The notes under the pieces were generated by a model. The model ran no database searches. It was not told the DNA's origin and was given only the letters and a program-made list of their open reading frames with translations. A stretch of 64,000 bases of DNA from a virus. Lineage: Duplodnaviria > Caudoviricetes. Numbering within the stretch: position 1 is the first letter of the stretch; each line of letters opens with the position of its first letter. The translations under genes were made by a program, and so were the position numbers. Below are positions 58,377 to 64,000 of the stretch, one piece after another. The DNA lies in the IMG/VR virus record IMGVR_UViG_3300027763_000057, positions 3,525 through 67,524 of that record, one strand, 5' to 3'.

Positions 58377-58407
58377 CAAAGGTATAATGTTATTTTGATT
58401 TAGCAAA
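58377..58407 (-). promoter_or_regulatory. Bacteroidota sigmaA-type promoter
   Basis: TTTG (58404-58407), 19-nt spacer, TACCTTTG (58377-58384). Confidence 0.75.
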
Positions 58408-58412
58408 ATAAA

Positions 58413-58574
58413 TTAAATTAATTCTTCCAATTCGTTACAATGGTCTTCAACTACATAATCATAGGCACATTCTTTTATAGCTTCCCTTTCCTTGTCGCTA
58501 CTTGTGTACCATTCAATAAAGTTTTCAATAATCATTAGTTTTAAATCTTCCGATTTGGTTAGTTTTCTTTTCAT
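58413..58574 (-). CDS. 53-aa hypothetical protein (not in ORF track)
   Basis: MKRKLTKSEDLKLMIIENFIEWY...; fills operon gap. Confidence 0.6.
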   Translation of the reverse strand: MKRKLTKSEDLKLMIIENFIEWYTSSDKEREAIKECAYDYVVEDHCNELEELI

Positions 58575-58584
58575 AGTTTAGTTT

Positions 58585-58758
58585 TTAATCATTTATTAAT
58601 TTAATACTGATACATTCAAAGTTCATATCATTGGTAGCCTCAAAAAATTCATAGGCTTGTTCTTCATCTTTGGCATAGAAGGGTTTAGTCTTTCCAATTT
58701 GGTATCCGTCAAATCCTTCGTGTTCGTGGTAGCCATAAGTTACAACATACTTTTTCAT
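58585..58758 (-). CDS. 57-aa hypothetical protein (not in ORF track)
   Basis: MKKYVVTYGYHEHEGFDG...; fills operon gap. Confidence 0.6.
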   Translation of the reverse strand: MKKYVVTYGYHEHEGFDGYQIGKTKPFYAKDEEQAYEFFEATNDMNFECISIKLIND

Positions 58759-58768
58759 AGTTTAATTT

Positions 58769-59221
58769 TTATTTGTTAATTAATTTATAATATCCATATA
58801 CGCATCTTGTTCCTTCTCTTGAGCAGTCATAAGTATCATTTATTATGCCATCAATTACGCAAGTAAAATGCTTACTAACATTTACAATTAGTTTGCCTTT
58901 AGGTAATTCATCAGCCAATAGGTGTACTTTACAACCCTGTCCAATAAGCATTGTCGGTGTCCATTTAAAACCAAGCAAATCCATGTAGTCAGCAAACCAT
59001 TTGCGTTTGGTATTGATACCCTTTGATGCAGTTCTTTTACCCGCTTTACTGCCTTCTCTTTTACCTTTCCTTTGTGTAGCATTGCCATTAGAAAGTGCAT
59101 CATAAACTTCTTGGTAGGGTTTGCCTGTTGCTATACAAATTGCTCTGCATACACAATCACCCGTTTGACCTTTGTAACCCGCTTGTAATCTACCCCCATC
59201 ATTGTAATTAAATTTTTCCAT
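58769..59221 (-). CDS. conserved phage protein (GDCVxRAI family)
   Basis: NDGGR...GDCVCRAI...KHFTCVIDG...DTYDCS. Confidence 0.7.
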   Translation of the reverse strand: MEKFNYNDGGRLQAGYKGQTGDCVCRAICIATGKPYQEVYDALSNGNATQRKGKREGSKAGKRTASKGINTKRKWFADYMDLLGFKWTPTMLIGQGCKVHLLADELPKGKLIVNVSKHFTCVIDGIINDTYDCSREGTRCVYGYYKLINK

Positions 59222-59249
59222 GATTTATATTTTGTGGTTTTTAATACTA

Positions 59250-59349
59250 CAAAGTTACATAGTCAATCCTTAAAGAAATGTTAAAAAAAATAATGAAAAG
59301 TTAAAGTTTCGTTAAAATTTGTTAAAAAGTTAAAGTTTTGTTAAAATTT
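59250..59349 (-). promoter_or_regulatory. early promoter with phased TTAAC boxes
   Basis: TAACTTTG 59250-59257; GTTAA at 59280, 59300, 59311, 59321, 59329, 59340. Confidence 0.65.
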
Positions 59350-59617
59350 CAGCATCACTATTTTCATAAATTAAATCAGTATCTTTTTCACAATAAAGTT
59401 CTAAAGTAGAATTTCCTTCATTATCTTCGGGTTGTAATTCGGTTAAGCTATCGTACAAAAAATCACTATCATAAAAATCAATTTCTTCCCTATCTTTTGT
59501 TACCATAAATATTGCCATATCTTTTGCTTCTTCCAATGTTTCGGCTTCAATACTAAATTTTAGCCTATTCCATATCATTACTCTTTCATCAATGTAAAAA
59601 TCAAATTCTTGTTTCAT
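59330..59617 (-). CDS. acidic hypothetical protein, paralogue of 60756-61052
   Basis: Shared IEAETLEEA/ISAESKEDA and EDNxGxxTxELY. Confidence 0.7.
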   Translation of the reverse strand: MKQEFDFYIDERVMIWNRLKFSIEAETLEEAKDMAIFMVTKDREEIDFYDSDFLYDSLTELQPEDNEGNSTLELYCEKDTDLIYENSDAEILTKL

Positions 59618-59618
59618 G

Positions 59619-59831
59619 TTAATCGTTTAATTGGTTATAAAATAAAATACTTTCTAATTTATTATTGGTTTCGGCATCAAATAAATCTTCACATACTCCC
59701 GTAATAAGTTCCACATCACTATCAAAATCAGTTCGGTAATGCAAGGCTATGTTATTAAGTTCAATCCCATAATCTTGCAATTCAGTTAAATAGTCAAAAA
59801 GTTCTTGGGCGTTCAAAATTTTCTTTCTCAT
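59619..59831 (-). CDS. hypothetical protein
   Basis: Early-region ORF. Confidence 0.65.
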   Translation of the reverse strand: MRKKILNAQELFDYLTELQDYGIELNNIALHYRTDFDSDVELITGVCEDLFDAETNNKLESILFYNQLND

Positions 59832-59837
59832 AGTTTT

Positions 59838-60005
59838 TTAGTTTATATTGGTTAAAAAGTTTGTTTCTTTTGCATCTGCGTACTTAATTTTAGTTAATTC
59901 AATATCAATTATCAATGTATTATGTGGTACATTTAATTGGTCGCATATATCGTACCAAAAATTAATATTATCAAAATCGTCATAGTAAAGGGTTAAAAAT
60001 TTCAT
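59838..60005 (-). CDS. 55-aa hypothetical protein (not in ORF track)
   Basis: MKFLTLYYDDFDNINFWYDICDQLNV... Confidence 0.65.
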   Translation of the reverse strand: MKFLTLYYDDFDNINFWYDICDQLNVPHNTLIIDIELTKIKYADAKETNFLTNIN

Positions 60006-60535
60006 TATATATTGATTAATTGGTTATCAAATAGTATATAACAAGACTCCCCTTCCCATTCAGTCCAATAATTATCAATATTGCCATTATCTTCTGCTTC
60101 ATACATATCTTGCCATTCTTTGGGGGTATAAACTTCGTGTAAACATTTTGGGGTACAATAATATTCTACGCCACCTTCAATAACATAACCTTCGTTCATT
60201 CCGCAACCACATTTATCGCATATCCGAGCATAATTTATTCCATTGGCAATAATATATTCTCTAAAAGTTTCAATAATGGCATCATATTCTTCTTCGGTTG
60301 GGTTTTCTTCGGTCATTATGTTATTGGGTTCATCAACCCAACATTCATATTCATCATTTTCTGCCCATATATTATCTGCATCTATTGTTCTACTTACTTC
60401 TGCATAATACTTTCCGTTTACACTCTTAACTATTTCAATAGTTGTAAAAACTTCATAAGTTCTTTCGTGTTTAAATTCTTTTTTCGTTATGTAGCGTTCT
60501 TCATCTTGTAATAATGTAGCGTTGTAATCTTTCAT
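60005..60535 (-). CDS. acidic protein with Zn-finger-like motif
   Basis: CDKCGCGMNEGY...YYCTPKC. Confidence 0.7.
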   Translation of the reverse strand: MKDYNATLLQDEERYITKKEFKHERTYEVFTTIEIVKSVNGKYYAEVSRTIDADNIWAENDEYECWVDEPNNIMTEENPTEEEYDAIIETFREYIIANGINYARICDKCGCGMNEGYVIEGGVEYYCTPKCLHEVYTPKEWQDMYEAEDNGNIDNYWTEWEGESCYILFDNQLINI

Positions 60536-60540
60536 AAAAT

Positions 60541-60759
60541 TTAATTTATTTGTTTAATTTCATTAATAAAACATAATTCAATGGCAATTATACATTTTTC
60601 ATTAATTGCATCTTTAAAATCATTTTCGGTATTTATTAGGTGTTCACTTTCATCATCATATATAGCATATAATTCAAAATCTTGTGATTGCCATAAACTT
60701 TCTGCTATATTGGTAACATCTGCCCATAAAAACCCGTCATTTGCTTGTAATACTTTCAT
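60541..60759 (-). CDS. hypothetical protein
   Basis: Early-region ORF. Confidence 0.65.
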   Translation of the reverse strand: MKVLQANDGFLWADVTNIAESLWQSQDFELYAIYDDESEHLINTENDFKDAINEKCIIAIELCFINEIKQIN

Positions 60760-61052
60760 ATTTCAGTATTATTTAAATTGTCTATAATAAATTCTCTATC
60801 CTTATCTGCAAAAGTTCCATCAAAATACAATTCACAAGTAGCAAATCCAAGATTATCTTCTACGCTCATTTTCGTATCAGTATCAAATAATTGGTCTTGT
60901 TCTACATAGGTGTCAGTATCTTCTAATTCATCTAATTTAAATCCAACAATCATTTGCTTTATTGCATCTTCTTTTGATTCTGCTGATATTGAATGAAGTT
61001 CCCTTACCCAAGTACTTATTCTTCTTTCTACATTAAAATAAAATTGTTCCAT
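60756..61052 (-). CDS. acidic hypothetical protein, paralogue of 59330-59617
   Basis: Visible similarity along the whole length. Confidence 0.7.
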   Translation of the reverse strand: MEQFYFNVERRISTWVRELHSISAESKEDAIKQMIVGFKLDELEDTDTYVEQDQLFDTDTKMSVEDNLGFATCELYFDGTFADKDREFIIDNLNNTEI

Positions 61053-61063
61053 TTTTATATTTT

Positions 61064-61237
61064 TTAATTTGTATAAATGTTGTTTTCAATTATAAACTTT
61101 TGCCTTTTTTCATCATTTTCAAACCAATGGCAATCAAAACTATATCCTTCTTCATCTAATATTTCTAACCCAAATTGTAGGTTATCATTATTACCTTGAT
61201 AATCTAATTCAGTCCATTTTATTTTTTCTGCTTTCAT
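61064..61237 (-). CDS. 57-aa hypothetical protein (not in ORF track)
   Basis: MKAEKIKWTELDYQGNNDNLQFG... Confidence 0.6.
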   Translation of the reverse strand: MKAEKIKWTELDYQGNNDNLQFGLEILDEEGYSFDCHWFENDEKRQKFIIENNIYTN

Positions 61238-61241
61238 AAAA

Positions 61242-61496
61242 TTAATTTAATTGGTTTTCAGTTCTGCATAAGGCATAAAATTCTTCATCTTGAACGACTG
61301 CATAAAAATCTTCTCCATTCAAGGTAACCCCATCTTTCCAAGTTAAACCAACGCAGTAACCCGTTTTGCATACAATAAGAAACTGCCCAATTCTATCTTT
61401 AATTACTTCATACATAGGATTGCCACAATAAACTTTATATCCTTTTTCAATGGCTAATCTAATTTCAATGGCATTGTCAAGTTTTAATTCTTTCAT
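61242..61496 (-). CDS. hypothetical protein
   Basis: Early-region ORF. Confidence 0.7.
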   Translation of the reverse strand: MKELKLDNAIEIRLAIEKGYKVYCGNPMYEVIKDRIGQFLIVCKTGYCVGLTWKDGVTLNGEDFYAVVQDEEFYALCRTENQLN

Positions 61497-61514
61497 TTTA
61501 TTTAATTTAATTGG

Positions 61515-61769
61515 TTATGTTGTAAAATAAAGTTCTCCATTATTAGCATACACTTTTTCTACATTGTTTTCAACAATAGTAACTAAAGTGCCATTACGCA
61601 ATCCGTCTGCATAAAATTTTGCGTATTGGTCGGACAAGCCATCTAATACCTTGATAAATGGCTCTGCATTAATTCTTTTACAACCATAAATGGGTGTATG
61701 CGTAAATGCAATTCGTACTTCGGGAAATTCATTAAGTAATTGGCGGTAATAACCTTTTGTTGGATTCAT
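61515..61769 (-). CDS. hypothetical protein
   Basis: Early-region ORF. Confidence 0.65.
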   Translation of the reverse strand: MNPTKGYYRQLLNEFPEVRIAFTHTPIYGCKRINAEPFIKVLDGLSDQYAKFYADGLRNGTLVTIVENNVEKVYANNGELYFTT

Positions 61770-61779
61770 TTTGTTTAAT

Positions 61780-62268
61780 TTAATTGTTTAAAAATTGTTG
61801 TGGTATATTGGTATTTAATAGTTTATATCCTTTATCCTTGTACTTATCAAGTTTTTCAATTAAGGTTTTCTTAAAATAATCGGGGTGTTTTTCCCACATT
61901 TCCCTTAATGGTAAATTAAAACTGATTATTTGGTATTTGTTATTATCACCTATCAAAATAGCTTTTTGCATTTCTTTGTTCATTTTTTTTGCAATGGCAT
62001 CATTTTCTTTCTTTGTTGCCAATTCACAAGCTAAAGTGTCAAGATAATTATATAAGGTTGTGCCGTTTGTTTCACAAAATCCTTCTGCATCTGCAATTAA
62101 TTCCCTACTTCTTGCAGTTCCTTCGTGCCAATAACTTGAGCAACCGCCTTTACCACTATTTTGTGCTTGTCCACATTTAACGCCATTTACCCATATATTC
62201 CCGACAAAGGCTAAAGTTTCTTCGCTCAATCGGTCATAAAATCTAAAGTTTTTTAGTTCAATTTTCAT
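61780..62268 (-). CDS. conserved hypothetical phage protein
   Basis: LSEETLAF...NSGKGG motif. Confidence 0.7.
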   Translation of the reverse strand: MKIELKNFRFYDRLSEETLAFVGNIWVNGVKCGQAQNSGKGGCSSYWHEGTARSRELIADAEGFCETNGTTLYNYLDTLACELATKKENDAIAKKMNKEMQKAILIGDNNKYQIISFNLPLREMWEKHPDYFKKTLIEKLDKYKDKGYKLLNTNIPQQFLNN

Positions 62269-62406
62269 AGTTTTTAATTTAATTGTTTATTTAATTTTCA
62301 TTAATGCAATAATATTGTTTGTTTTTATGTCTATACATACACAACCTTCAGTAAAATATATCCATTTGCTAATACTTGTTAATTCCATAAAATTTAATTT
62401 AATTGT

Positions 62407-62574
62407 TTAATTAGATAGGTAGTTTTCCCAATTATATAGGTCTATTTCAATTTTAAGCCTATTTTTTAGGCTTTTAATCTTGTTTTGAACTGCATACACA
62501 TTTTTTACTTTGCCGTCTGCAATTCGCTTGTTTAATGCTCTTATTTGGGCGGTTAATTTGTTAATTTTTTGCAT
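62407..62574 (-). CDS. 55-aa basic helical protein (not in ORF track)
   Basis: MQKINKLTAQIRALNKRIADG...; TAATTTTG at 62594-62601. Confidence 0.6.
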   Translation of the reverse strand: MQKINKLTAQIRALNKRIADGKVKNVYAVQNKIKSLKNRLKIEIDLYNWENYLSN

Positions 62575-62638
62575 TTGATTGTTATTTAGAATTCAAAATT
62601 AAGTTAATTATTTATAGGTTGTTGTTAATGAAAAGTTA

Positions 62639-62668
62639 AAAATAGGGGGATATTTCACTCCCTTATTT
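62639..62668 (-). terminator. intrinsic terminator after ardC
   Basis: AAATAGGGGGA...TCCCTTATTT stem; T run on minus strand. Confidence 0.65.
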
Positions 62669-62670
62669 GT

Positions 62671-63588
62671 TTATTCTTCGTGTGTTTCTTCTTGCTTGTT
62701 AAGGATATATTTAGCTGATTTACTTGCTCTTTGACTTGCCATAAGGAAAAGTTTTTTATCCCCTTTTATGGCGTTTTTCCAATTCTTTAAGTAGGCTATT
62801 GAATTGCGTTCGGTGTTTTCGTTACTGATGCCAATTTCAGCACATATAAAGGCACTCGTTAATTCTGCGGTCAATTCTTCCGTGCCATAATCACATGAAC
62901 CGAAAAAACTTGTTTCTACTACTTCCTTACGATTAAGGCGGTTTTTGTGTCCCGTGCTATGGCTAATTTCGTGGAAAAAAGTACTATAAAATGATTGCGA
63001 ACTATTAAATTGATTTAGCAATGGCATTGTAATACTATCGGTTGATGGTTGATAATATGCCCTATCGCTTTCCTTAATATTGTAGCGTATTGCTTCCCGT
63101 GTTTGGTAGCTGTCGACAATATTTTGTGCAATATCAATTTTTTCGTTTTCGCTGTACTCGGTTGCGGGTGCTGTAACTTCGTCCCCTTTAATTGTTACAT
63201 TGTCGCATTGTTCTAAATTGAACACATTATAATAGCGTAATAAAGGAACTTTTTTCGTTTCGTCTTGTTGGGTGGTGGTGTTTAATTTAGTATATTCATT
63301 CACCTTCCAAAATACTATCATAGTGGATTTTTCGCCCTTTCTAACATTCCCGCCTAACTGCTCAACTTGTTTATAAGTTAGCCAATATTGAGAGGTGTAA
63401 TCGTGCATAGATAAAAGGAAAAAATTAATCCCTTCATAGCGTTTTTTACTGATGCCGTTCATTGGAAAAGCGTTTGTCCCCTGTTTGGTTTTCCATTCTT
63501 TAACCCAATTCAATTTACCCGTTTTCTCAATTTCATCAAGAATTTTTTGGGTTACTACTTCGTAAAGGTCAAAATTTGTGTTTTTCAT
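62671..63588 (-). CDS. ardC: ArdC-family antirestriction ssDNA-binding protein with zincin domain
   Basis: WVKEW...YEGIN...WLTYKQ...VRKGEK...YNVFNLEQ; HEISHSTGH; EELTAE. Confidence 0.92.
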   Translation of the reverse strand: MKNTNFDLYEVVTQKILDEIEKTGKLNWVKEWKTKQGTNAFPMNGISKKRYEGINFFLLSMHDYTSQYWLTYKQVEQLGGNVRKGEKSTMIVFWKVNEYTKLNTTTQQDETKKVPLLRYYNVFNLEQCDNVTIKGDEVTAPATEYSENEKIDIAQNIVDSYQTREAIRYNIKESDRAYYQPSTDSITMPLLNQFNSSQSFYSTFFHEISHSTGHKNRLNRKEVVETSFFGSCDYGTEELTAELTSAFICAEIGISNENTERNSIAYLKNWKNAIKGDKKLFLMASQRASKSAKYILNKQEETHEE

Positions 63589-63594
63589 AAATTG

Positions 63595-63867
63595 TTATTT
63601 TTTGATATGATTATAAATGTTTACTTCGAAATCTGTTAAGACATCTTTAGCCGTTTTACCTTTCAATCCGTAATAATTTTTAAGGTCTTTCAATTTTACT
63701 TGTTTGTTCCCAATACCTTTAGCCATAAGTTTAAGGTAAAAATGATGGACACTAATTTGATAAGCAAAGTAATTAATTTCCTTACTTCCGTAATTTACTG
63801 AAGGCGTTTCGAGTGTGCCGTTTTGTACGCTGATAATCGCTTGTTGAAATGGTGTTAAGTTTTGCAT
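63595..63867 (-). CDS. hypothetical protein, first early gene
   Basis: Downstream of TATATTTG (63900-63907). Confidence 0.65.
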   Translation of the reverse strand: MQNLTPFQQAIISVQNGTLETPSVNYGSKEINYFAYQISVHHFYLKLMAKGIGNKQVKLKDLKNYYGLKGKTAKDVLTDFEVNIYNHIKK

Positions 63868-63901
63868 TGTTATTTTGTTTTAGCAAATTAAATAATAAGC
63901 A

Positions 63902-64000
63902 AATATACACCCCCTATCCCATACCACAATCAACACAAAAGTTAAAGCTTTGTTAAAATTTTAACACTATATCGTAGCAAGTTTCCCGCTCAATAATTGC
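63902..64000 (-). repeat. inverted repeat, copy 2 (runs off the window)
   Basis: Exact reverse complement of 1045-1143. Confidence 0.97.

Larger units (their letters stand above)
1..64000. mobile_element. dsDNA tailed bacteriophage (podovirus-like, probable Bacteroidota host), near-complete genome
   Basis: Terminase, portal, MCP, tail, lysis, replication and early modules; no host housekeeping genes; Bacteroidota-type promoters. Confidence 0.93.

Noticed and set aside
1-64000. Stop-codon reassignment as in some crAss-like phages; tRNA genes
   Set aside because: Genes are full length and tightly packed under code 11, with TAG and TGA used as stops; no cloverleaf or T-loop motif noticed

Overview
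The window holds most of an AT-rich, podovirus-like dsDNA bacteriophage genome, very probably infecting Bacteroidota: there are many TTTG-N19-20-TAnnTTTG promoters, A-rich SD-less leaders and crAss/phi14:2-like structural genes. Order: partial gene; a ~650-nt non-coding array of ~17 back-to-back unrelated hairpins; RHH regulator; nucleases; replication module (XRE, initiator, primase-helicase, SSB); two GroES-like genes; tail and ejection genes, including a 3550-aa polyvalent protein with an LRR block and a nested out-of-frame gene; terminase; an 8-gene glycosylation cluster; portal, ferritin, scaffold and capsid; a Ser/Gly/Thr-repeat tail fibre next to a TibC/Aah-like glycosyltransferase; lysis genes; and a minus-strand early region ending in ardC. 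A >=99-bp inverted repeat links 1045-1143 with the right edge. I saw no DNA polymerase, integrase, tRNA or CRISPR array. Best novelty candidates: the hairpin array, the virion glycosylation system, the nested gene, and two putative sRNAs sharing an anti-SD-like hairpin. All family calls are from motif recognition, not database searches.
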